A DNA stretch of 20,000 nucleotides from Mesotaenium endlicherianum. Its lineage: Eukaryota. The translations under genes were made by a program, and so were the position numbers. The stretch covers positions 109,651 through 129,650 of the forward strand of contig WELA01001245.1 in assembly GCA_009602735.1 (NCBI GenBank), in the 5' to 3' direction. This document shows, in pieces, positions 10,134 to 20,000 of this stretch. The notes under the pieces were generated by a model. It made no database searches and was not told the DNA's origin. It saw nothing but the letters and a program-made list of their open reading frames with translations. The stretch's first letter is position 1. The number at the start of each line of letters is the position of its first letter.

Positions 10134-12809
10134 TCACGCCGAGAGCAGGAGCAGGCCGGCCACGGTCTCGCGCTGCCACTGCTGGAGGCTCTCGGCCATG
10201 CCACATGGCTGCTCCTGCTCCTGCTCATGCTCACCCTCGCAAGCCTCCTCCCTGCTCGTTCCCCCCTCTCCTTCCTCTTCCGCAGATGAATGGGCCTTCC
10301 CAGCTTCCTTCGGGGTGCTGCTTGGGTTGCCCCCCTTGCCTCCTTCCTGGCACCCCTCTGCCGGCGCAGAAGCTGAAGTCGGATGCTGCACACCGCCAGT
10401 GCCCTCCACAGCCCCAAAGGACAAACCTGCACCCGTCTCCTCCTCAGGGATTGCGTCCCTAGCCGAATCGGCACGGCCAACGGAGTCAACAGAGTCAAGA
10501 GCTGTCGGCCCGCGAGCCCCTTCCTGAAGCGCCTCCAGCTGGGCGCTGCCACTTGTCCCCCTGACATCCCCTGAGCCGGCGAGCTTGGGCGCCCCTGCGC
10601 TCGCACTCGCACTCACACTTGCGTTTCCGCTCCCGCTCGCGCTCCCGCTTGCCCCCTTTGCAGGCAAGGGCCTCGAGCCAACGTGCAGCTGTACGCGCTT
10701 CTCTGTCTGCTGCTCCCTCAGGGAGCCCTGGGACAAGAGGAGAGCCTTCAAGCGTTGGCACTTCAGCAGGGCTCTCTCCAGCTGAGCGCTGGCGCAGTCG
10801 AGCGCCAGCATGGCGCGCAAGGCCCCATCGTTGTCATCGTCCTCCTCCACCGCAGCTTCCCACCCCTCAAAGGGATCTGACCCGATGCCGGTGCATTCCC
10901 ACGCCGCCTCCAACGCCTCCCTTGCCTCCACCTGGCACTCTGTCAGCCCGGTCGAATCGGCCCCGGTGCTGTCCAGGGGGCACGTCAGAGCCACGGGCAG
11001 CGAGTGCCACGCTCCGAGATCCAACGGGCCCGCAGCAGTGGCCGCAGCGGCAACTGCTGTTGCAGCAGCCGTTCCACCGCTGCCACTTGGCGCTGCGAGC
11101 TTGCTGCTCGTGGTGGAGCTTCTTAGCATGCGCCCGTGCTGCACCACCTGCAATCCCACTGCTCCCTGCGGACGTGGCGCCTCCCCTTTGACCGCCCCCC
11201 CCCACCTGCCACCTGGAGGCAAGCAGGCTTCGCCAAGTATCGGCGCCGCCACCTGCACAGCGGTGGCCGACGCCAGCGCCAAGGTGGCCGCCCCCACCTG
11301 GAAGAAAGCGACATCTGTTACCAGGGGAACTTCGACGAGCTGAGCCTGCTGGTCCACGCTCCGCCTGGCCTCGGCGTCCTTCACCTGCTGACGAGTCAGC
11401 CGCCCGCCAGCTGGCAGTCTCGCATGATGCGCCACAGGCACCACCATCCAACCCCCTCCTGCCGCTGCCGCTGCGGCAGCATTCCCCCTGTGCTCAACAG
11501 TGGCCGGCGACTCCGGCTGCGCTTTCATCGCCGCTTTTGCCTCTTCTGTCGTTTTCGTCGCTTTGGGTCCTTTTGTCGCTTTCATCACATTCGTCGCCTT
11601 AGGGACTTTCGGCGCCTTCGAGTCATTTATAGCAGGCAAACTGGCGCCTGCTTGAGCCGCTCTACCCCCTCTTGCCACCCGGGCGGGTGATGTGGCTGCC
11701 GCCGCGTTCAGAGAAGCCATAGGGGAGACACATACCAGCTCCTCCCTTGGCACCGCCGGGCTATCACCAGCAGCAGGAGCAGCAGCAGACGCAGCAGGAG
11801 CCGAAGCAGCAGGCAGGCCTCCCCCGCCCTCCTCCGCTTTCAAGGGAGCCGCCAGCTTTGATTGGCTCCGAGTGCACCTCCCGCTGGCCTTCTCCAGCTG
11901 GTCCATCCTTCCCACGCTGCCACCTGGCGTCTGGGGCTGGCACTCCCCAGCAGCAACAGCAGCCCCACCGAGGTTGACCAGGGTGGGCCCCTCCTGGCCT
12001 CTGCTCTGCGGGGAGGAGGTTGCAGCAGCACCAGGAGCGTCCGTCGCCTTACAGGTGGCGGATTCTGGGCCCTCGCAGCGCAGGAGTCCCGAGCCGAGGC
12101 GCGTCCCAGCTGGCCTTGCCTCCAAACCATGGGGGACCGCTCCAGCAGGGGCACAGGGGGAAGATGCATGCACACAGTCAGGTGCAAACCCCCCTGGCTT
12201 GGGTCCTGAGATGGTGCCAGGTGCATGCACCTGGTGAGCCTCTTGGCCCTCAGGCTGGCTGCCAGATGTCGACGCAGCAGCAGCGCCTGTCTCAGGCTCT
12301 GGGCGCTTTTTCTTCAGCAGCAGGCGTAGGGAGCTGCCGGCTGCCGGCGTCAACATTTGGGCCTCCCACGCATTGCCACCTGTTGCACCCATGCCCCCGC
12401 CAGCTGTCCCAGCCCCGATGCACGTGGTTTGCTGCATACCAGCAGGTGCTGACGTGGCGCCAACATTTGGTGCTGCCAACTCAGCTCCAGCCTCCATTGT
12501 TCCCACCAGGGCCGAATATGCCCGAAGGCACCTCCGTTTAGCGCCAGCTGGCAGGTCCGCTAAGCGAGGGTCTGGCGCAGGCGGAGCACACTTCCGCTTC
12601 TCCCTAGCCACCGGATGATGGACACCTGGCGCTTCCACTGAAGGGCGGCCCTTCTGCTGCTGCTGCTGCTGCTGCTGGTGGTGGCGCTGCAGCTGCGCCA
12701 GAAGCGGCGACTGGGGCGCAAGCAACTTCTCCCTGATGACGGCAAAGGAGCCCTTGCTGCCCTCCTCGCATGGTCCCTGAGGGAACGTCGTCATCTCCAC
12801 AATCTCCTC
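10134..12809 (-). CDS. KDM4-type demethylase, large terminal exon (~891 aa, low complexity, probable coiled coil near C-terminus)
   Basis: Pyrimidine tract plus ttgcag|GAG acceptor, phase 0, compatible with the phase-0 donor of the zf-CW exon. The ORF is uninterrupted to TGA and contains polyQ and basic NLS-like clusters. Linkage to the upstream exons is inferred from strand and phase. Confidence 0.7.
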   Translation of the reverse strand, partial: EEIVEMTTFPQGPCEEGSKGSFAVIREKLLAPQSPLLAQLQRHHQQQQQQQQKGRPSVEAPGVHHPVAREKRKCAPPAPDPRLADLPAGAKRRCLRAYSALVGTMEAGAELAAPNVGATSAPAGMQQTTCIGAGTAGGGMGATGGNAWEAQMLTPAAGSSLRLLLKKKRPEPETGAAAASTSGSQPEGQEAHQVHAPGTISGPKPGGFAPDCVHASSPCAPAGAVPHGLEARPAGTRLGSGLLRCEGPESATCKATDAPGAAATSSPQSRGQEGPTLVNLGGAAVAAGECQPQTPGGSVGRMDQLEKASGRCTRSQSKLAAPLKAEEGGGGLPAASAPAASAAAPAAGDSPAVPREELVCVSPMASLNAAAATSPARVARGGRAAQAGASLPAINDSKAPKVPKATNVMKATKGPKATKTTEEAKAAMKAQPESPATVEHRGNAAAAAAAGGGWMVVPVAHHARLPAGGRLTRQQVKDAEARRSVDQQAQLVEVPLVTDVAFFQVGAATLALASATAVQVAAPILGEACLPPGGRWGGAVKGEAPRPQGAVGLQVVQHGRMLRSSTTSSKLAAPSGSGGTAAATAVAAAATAAGPLDLGAWHSLPVALTCPLDSTGADSTGLTECQVEAREALEAAWECTGIGSDPFEGWEAAVEEDDDNDGALRAMLALDCASAQLERALLKCQRLKALLLSQGSLREQQTEKRVQLHVGSRPLPAKGASGSASGSGNASVSASASAGAPKLAGSGDVRGTSGSAQLEALQEGARGPTALDSVDSVGRADSARDAIPEEETGAGLSFGAVEGTGGVQHPTSASAPAEGCQEGGKGGNPSSTPKEAGKAHSSAEEEGEGGTSREEACEGEHEQEQEQPCGMAESLQQWQRETVAGLLLLSA

Positions 12810-12840
12810 CTGCAAGGACAACGAGAGACAAGTGGCGTAT

Positions 12841-12910
12841 GGCCAATCACACAAGTCAACACAAGTCAACGTTGGTCAACTTGAGTCAATCCAAGTCAAC
12901 CTAAGTCATC
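12841..12910. repeat. 10-bp tandem repeat, ~7 degenerate units (consensus nnAAGTCAAC)
   Basis: ggccaatcac acaagtcaac acaagtcaac gttggtcaac ttgagtcaat ccaagtcaac ctaagtcatc. Confidence 0.85.
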
Positions 12911-13721
12911 CCGCATTCCCAGCATTCTCATCCTGACTGACGACGCCTCCGGCACGGGCGGTTTTTGCCAGCCAGCCAAGAGAAGTCAATAATTCTACCG
13001 GAGGGAGACTCCAGCACCTCCTGGTTCGCGATAGGCGACAACTGGCAGGTGCCCGGGGCCCAGTCTTTGAGGGCATTCACCGGCACAATCGATGTGCTTC
13101 ATTTGCGCATGCTTGCTCGCACGCTCACGCTCGCTATCGTCTGGCGTCTCCTGGCGAGGGAAAGACGACAGCTGACAGGTGCCCAGGCCTTTGAGGGCTT
13201 CGCCAGCACAACAAGTGCACGTCACTGCAAATGCTCGCTCGATCACCTGCTCGTTGCCTCGCTCGCACCCGCAAGGGGACGAGCGGGCACCGGCAGCAGG
13301 CTACACGAGGGGGGTTATTCTCAATCTTTCGCAAGGCTCTTGTGTGGGAGACCCTTGGCAAAGACACAGTTGACGCGCAGTTGCCTCTTCCACAAGAGCA
13401 GAAACAAAAGTCCCCTCCCTGTAGGCCGTGATTGCTGCGTGCACGATGGCCCCTCCGCTTGATTTGCAACTGCAGTCAATCCGAGGGACCTGGTGACGTG
13501 ACTTTTGAATCGAATTATTATGGTACTCCTGATAGTGTCAACTTGTGCCATGGGTGGGCATGCAGTCACTCAAGACAAGTGAGTGAGAAGCCAACACTTG
13601 GCAGCAGAGCAACATGACATAGGGGGAAAGAGCACGTGCTGAGAGACGGGCTGAGTGCCGCAGCCACCCACAAGAAGGGGGCATCAAAGGAAACAGAGCC
13701 CACAAAAAAGAAAGCCACCCA

Positions 13722-13856
13722 ACACACACACGCACGCACACACACACACACACACACGCGCGCGCGCGCACACACCAACACACGCATGCATGCACAAATG
13801 CGCACGCATGGGCACATACACTCTCACACAAACACACACACACGCGCGCGCGCCCG
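13722..13856. repeat. (CA)n/(CG)n intronic microsatellite
   Basis: Directly visible downstream of the zf-CW exon donor. Confidence 0.9.
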
Positions 13857-13884
13857 CGATTGCACGGGACAGACGCACACGCAC

Positions 13885-14177
13885 CTTCTCATCGTAGGCC
13901 TCCTCGGGCGTGCGGCAGGTGGTGGCCTGAAGCATCTTGCACCAGAACGTCGAGCTCGTGCTGAAAGCGTCCGCGCTGGCGGAGTTCAAGCGACGCCACT
14001 TGTCGCACAGCTCGCACTGCACCCAGTGGTCCGTCTGGAGCGAGGGAATTGCCTGCAGCCGCCCGGCCCCGTCCTTGCTAGCGACAGCTCGCCGCATTGT
14101 CTGCTTGCGAGCTGGCGTCTGCTTCTTGAGCCGCTTGGCGGGCGGCAGGACGTCGATGGAGATCAGGTCGGTCGAAT
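13885..14177 (-). CDS. zf-CW domain exon
   Basis: Boundaries are cctcag|AT...AAG|gtgcgt. DHWVQCELCDKWRRL...FWCKMLQATTCRTPEE matches the canonical CW zinc finger, with 4 Cys and conserved Trp. Confidence 0.9.
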
Positions 14178-14660
14178 CTGAGGATGCCAGCAAGTCCCCG
14201 AGCAATCCCAAAACGAGGAAAACAAGAGGAGAAAAACACACGTATGTAGAATAAAGAGAATGAAAGAAAAAAAAGGTGAAAAGGACACGTCACGCAGACG
14301 CCCACCAATTTCTGCGCGAGGGACACGTCCTTAGCAGAGACCTGGCGGGCACCTCCAGGCGCGTGGTGCAACATAAAAGCAGCGCGCACAGCAGCAGCAC
14401 GCGCGCTCGAGTTTCTGTACCTCCCTCACGCTTGCGCGCGACATGTGCGCAGCGAAGCAAGCAAACACGCCGGTTAGCAGTGGACCGATTGGCGACCGCC
14501 GACCACTCGGAAGACCGCTCTCTAGCAGCCTGGGTTGACTCCTTGAGCAGAATGCGATCGAGTGGATAACAATGTGCCACACAGACACATGTGTCCTCAC
14601 TCGCGGCATGCCCACTTGCAGCGCGGCACCAAGTGAGGGAGGTGGGACGTGGGGGGGGGG

Positions 14661-15632
14661 NNNNNNNNNNNNNNNNNNNNNNNNNNNNNNNNNNNNNNNN
14701 NNNNNNNNNNNNNNNNNNNNNNNNNNNNNNNNNNNNNNNNNNNNNNNNNNNNNNNNNNNNNNNNNNNNNNNNNNNNNNNNNNNNNNNNNNNNNNNNNNNN
14801 NNNNNNNNNNNNNNNNNNNNNNNNNNNNNNNNNNNNNNNNNNNNNNNNNNNNNNNNNNNNNNNNNNNNNNNNNNNNNNNNNNNNNNNNNNNNNNNNNNNN
14901 NNNNNNNNNNNNNNNNNNNNNNNNNNNNNNNNNNNNNNNNNNNNNNNNNNNNNNNNNNNNNNNNNNNNNNNNNNNNNNNNNNNNNNNNNNNNNNNNNNNN
15001 NNNNNNNNNNNNNNNNNNNNNNNNNNNNNNNNNNNNNNNNNNNNNNNNNNNNNNNNNNNNNNNNNNNNNNNNNNNNNNNNNNNNNNNNNNNNNNNNNNNN
15101 NNNNNNNNNNNNNNNNNNNNNNNNNNNNNNNNNNNNNNNNNNNNNNNNNNNNNNNNNNNNNNNNNNNNNNNNNNNNNNNNNNNNNNNNNNNNNNNNNNNN
15201 NNNNNNNNNNNNNNNNNNNNNNNNNNNNNNNNNNNNNNNNNNNNNNNNNNNNNNNNNNNNNNNNNNNNNNNNNNNNNNNNNNNNNNNNNNNNNNNNNNNN
15301 NNNNNNNNNNNNNNNNNNNNNNNNNNNNNNNNNNNNNNNNNNNNNNNNNNNNNNNNNNNNNNNNNNNNNNNNNNNNNNNNNNNNNNNNNNNNNNNNNNNN
15401 NNNNNNNNNNNNNNNNNNNNNNNNNNNNNNNNNNNNNNNNNNNNNNNNNNNNNNNNNNNNNNNNNNNNNNNNNNNNNNNNNNNNNNNNNNNNNNNNNNNN
15501 NNNNNNNNNNNNNNNNNNNNNNNNNNNNNNNNNNNNNNNNNNNNNNNNNNNNNNNNNNNNNNNNNNNNNNNNNNNNNNNNNNNNNNNNNNNNNNNNNNNN
15601 NNNNNNNNNNNNNNNNNNNNNNNNNNNNNNNN
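14661..15632. other. Assembly gap (N run), probably of near-zero true length
   Basis: The same gtgggacgt(g)n sequence flanks both sides. Confidence 0.8.
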
Positions 15633-15702
15633 GTGGGACGTGGGGGGGGGGGGGGACTCAGGAAGGGGGGAACCGGGGCGGCAGCGACAGCGGCGCACGC
15701 AC

Positions 15703-15869
15703 CCAGGGTGCCAGCTGGCAGGCGGAAGTCGGAGTGGTGGAAATGCACGCCCTTGAGGTTGCGGGGGAAGTGTGGGAGCGGCAGGGAGGGCCCAAAGAGG
15801 CGCATGTCGATCTTGACGCTGTCGCCGCTGCAGTTGCACGGCCGCGCCTTCTCGCCCACGCTCACCCAC
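15703..15869 (-). CDS. KDM4: KDM4-type JmjC C-terminal exon (Zn-binding CxC)
   Basis: Boundaries are gtcag|G TGG...CTG G|gtgcgt. (R)WVSVGEKARPCNCSGDSVKIDMRLF parallels KDM4A WIEYGKQAVLCSCRKDMVKISMDVF as I recall it. Phases match both neighbouring exons. Confidence 0.88.
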
Positions 15870-16167
15870 CTGACCCCAAGAGAGAAAGAGAGCGAGCGAA
15901 CGCAGCCGACGAAGGGAGGGAGGAAGGGAGGGAAGGAAGGGAGGAAGGGAGAGAGGGGGGGGGGGGGTCAGGAGGAGGAGGAGGAAGAAGAGGTGGAGGA
16001 CAAATCGGGTGTCACTTTTTGAGGTAAAGTACGAGGGGCTCAGGCTGATGTGCTCCAGGGGACGTGATGTGCCGGCGGGAGGAGGTGGGGGAGGAAGAGC
16101 CGCGGCGTCAGCCAGGCGAGGAGCGCTCCGTGCCACAGACACACTCCACGACTTACAGTATGAGCCA

Positions 16168-16340
<173 letters not shown>

Positions 16341-16722
16341 CTGCTATCACATGGAAGGGGGGTTCCCCTGCGGCTGGTGGGCTGTGCCAGCCTGGTGGAG
16401 GGCAAGCTAGCGGTGCTCCCCGTGAGGAGCCAGCGGATTGGATTCTCCACGGAGCGACCAAAGCAGGCCTTCTTACTGACACGCACGCACGTAAGCACGC
16501 ATGCATGCATGCTTGCACGTGAGCACACTTGCATGCAGGCACGCATGCCCTCCCACCTGTGCCCTATCTGGATTCGCTGTTGTTAACGGCAATGCAGGCG
16601 GGAATGCCGGGCCAGCGTGTGCTGGGCATGACCAGAGGACACGCAGCCAGCACACACACAAGCTCGCCCGACGCCTGAGCCCTCTCTGCCCTCCCCGTTC
16701 CAACGCACGCCAGTAGCCCTTA

Positions 16723-17070
<348 letters not shown>

Positions 17071-17111
17071 CTACAGTGCGACCAAGCGGTGCCCAAATTG
17101 GCCCAATAAAN

Positions 17112-17193
17112 TGATGAACTGGCGGGCCTCCTGCACGACACGTGTCACCGGGATGTTGTGCGACTGCAGCAGCTGCGGTGTCACCAGCATCTC
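17112..17193 (-). CDS. KDM4: KDM4-type JmjC exon, truncated at N 17111
   Basis: Acceptor agcag|GAG. EMLVTPQLLQSHNIPVTRVVQEARQFI parallels the KDM4 segment (RHK)MTLISPLMLKKYGIPFDKVTQEAGEFMI. The exon end is lost at the contig join. Confidence 0.88.
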
Positions 17194-17651
17194 CTGCTCG
17201 CCATGGTTGTGCGCGCGCACCCACATACACGCACACACAAGTGCACACGCACACACGCGCACACACGCACGCTCACACATGCGCGCAGGCACAGAAAAGT
17301 TTCAGCAATGGCACTCTCCAGCTGCAGCAAGCATCCCACACACGCGTCCCCAGGCGGGTCAGCATGCACTAGATGACATGTCACGCACCGCATCACTGCC
17401 TGACCTTTGATTGTTGGAGTGAACCAGCCAGCCAGCCAGCCAGCCAGCTGCGAGACCCTCAGGTGCAAGTATGAACAGCACCCGCAGCACACCCGGCAGC
17501 GGCTCGTCCAAAGACAACATGCTCCTCCTGAGGCTCACCTCAATTTTGTGGTCTCATACACTGCTGCCCCCTGTCCTTGCACAGATGCCCAGGTGCAGAG
17601 GGAGGATGGGTTGGGGTGGCCCCCGGAGGGAGGGCAGGAGGGGGGGGGGGG

Positions 17652-18384
17652 NNNNNNNNNNNNNNNNNNNNNNNNNNNNNNNNNNNNNNNNNNNNNNNNN
17701 NNNNNNNNNNNNNNNNNNNNNNNNNNNNNNNNNNNNNNNNNNNNNNNNNNNNNNNNNNNNNNNNNNNNNNNNNNNNNNNNNNNNNNNNNNNNNNNNNNNN
17801 NNNNNNNNNNNNNNNNNNNNNNNNNNNNNNNNNNNNNNNNNNNNNNNNNNNNNNNNNNNNNNNNNNNNNNNNNNNNNNNNNNNNNNNNNNNNNNNNNNNN
17901 NNNNNNNNNNNNNNNNNNNNNNNNNNNNNNNNNNNNNNNNNNNNNNNNNNNNNNNNNNNNNNNNNNNNNNNNNNNNNNNNNNNNNNNNNNNNNNNNNNNN
18001 NNNNNNNNNNNNNNNNNNNNNNNNNNNNNNNNNNNNNNNNNNNNNNNNNNNNNNNNNNNNNNNNNNNNNNNNNNNNNNNNNNNNNNNNNNNNNNNNNNNN
18101 NNNNNNNNNNNNNNNNNNNNNNNNNNNNNNNNNNNNNNNNNNNNNNNNNNNNNNNNNNNNNNNNNNNNNNNNNNNNNNNNNNNNNNNNNNNNNNNNNNNN
18201 NNNNNNNNNNNNNNNNNNNNNNNNNNNNNNNNNNNNNNNNNNNNNNNNNNNNNNNNNNNNNNNNNNNNNNNNNNNNNNNNNNNNNNNNNNNNNNNNNNNN
18301 NNNNNNNNNNNNNNNNNNNNNNNNNNNNNNNNNNNNNNNNNNNNNNNNNNNNNNNNNNNNNNNNNNNNNNNNNNNNNNNNNNNN
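17652..18384. other. Assembly gap (N run)
   Basis: N run between a poly-G end and a (GA)n start. Confidence 0.99.
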
Positions 18385-19269
<885 letters not shown>

Positions 19270-19298
<29 letters not shown>

Positions 19299-19700
19299 AA
19301 GGCGCCTCCAAGTGCCCACATAAAATCTGAAGGCGACCGAGCGGTGCCCAAAGTGGCCTTTGGGAGACGCCATCCAGTACCCCCTAGAATCTTCCACAAG
19401 GTGCCCAGCGGTGCCCAAAGGGGCCCATAAGAAGGAGCCCAACAGTGCCAAAAAATTTCCAGGAGGTGCCCAAGAGCGTCTAAAGTGTCCCTCCGTGAGC
19501 GCCATAAGGAGGCAGCCGAAGTGCACATTGGACCAGGAAGTGTCCCGAAAAGAACGCTTGCAAGTGCTGGAAAGCAGCGCCTGCAAGGCGCCTGTCATCG
19601 CCCCAAGTACGACTCATAAGGAAGATGATGCCCAAAACTGCCTGCAGCTGCCCTTGGCGCTGGAAGTGTGCTGACAGGTGCCCATGAGTGCCCACAGCAA
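19270..19700. repeat. Degenerate short-period minisatellite built on GTGCCCA
   Basis: Recurring gcggtgcccaa / aagtgcccac / aggtgcccag / gagtgcccac units at roughly 11-nt spacing or multiples of it. Confidence 0.65.
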
Positions 19701-20000
19701 TTATTCCAAACTGTTCAGCTTGCACCAGGCTTCGAGCGTGCACTAGCAACAACCCAGCTCCCGCCCACGCCCGCGGCCCATGAGGCGTTGCACATTCACC
19801 TACCAACGGGCGAGCGCATGGCCAGAGTAGCTCCCTCACGTTTAACAGTTTGGGGCGCGTCTAAGGGGGTCGCTCACACAAGCAGTCTGGAGGTTCAAAG
19901 TGCAGCCAAAGAGAAGGACGACAAGAACGGCAGGCAAGCACACGCCCAGTGTGGCTCCACCCCAATTCCACAGGCTCGATGCTTGGGAGGAGGAGGGGGG

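Noticed and set aside
12841..12910. CRISPR-like repeat array
   Set aside because: The units are 10 nt with no spacers, the context is a eukaryotic intron, and no cas genes are present.
14290..14400. Histone-fold-like peptide HHAPGGARQVSAKDVSLAQKLVG, or a micro-exon before the zf-CW exon
   Set aside because: A stop lies shortly upstream in that frame and its phase is incompatible with the flanking phase-1 junctions. The cag acceptor gives an in-frame stop. A 24-nt aag-acceptor version cannot be excluded but is unsupported.
17535..17600. Strong - strand donor GAG|GTGAGC as a possible upstream JmjC exon
   Set aside because: No frame gives the expected C...FLRHK segment of KDM4.

Overview
GC-rich, intron-rich eukaryotic draft scaffold with N gaps and microsatellite-rich introns. 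It is inferred to be a green alga, possibly a streptophyte alga, from the plant-type TRM1 and GTGAG/GTGCG/GTGGG donors. Three protein genes can be supported. (1) The 3' part of a tRNA (guanine26-N2)-dimethyltransferase (TRM1) on + strand, with exons 227-332, 1060-1329, 2733-2795 and 4427-5104, ending in a long Ala-rich tail. (2) An intronless SCP/CTDSP-type NIF/FCP1-homology phosphatase on + strand (7398-8900). (3) The 3' part of a - strand JmjC histone demethylase of the animal/fungal KDM4 (JMJD2/Rph1) type, apparently fused to a zf-CW histone reader and a ~890 aa low-complexity tail (exons 17193-17112 truncated, 16958-16892, 15869-15703, 14177-13885, 12809-10134). Other observations: a coding-like antisense ORF nested in a TRM1 intron, in-frame degenerate duplicates of TRM1 splice acceptors, a 10-bp-periodic TTGAC array before a 3' splice site, and several probable assembly artefacts (a duplicated 0.9 kb block, a false gap, a poly-C run). 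No rRNA, complete tRNA, CRISPR array or recognisable transposon was found.
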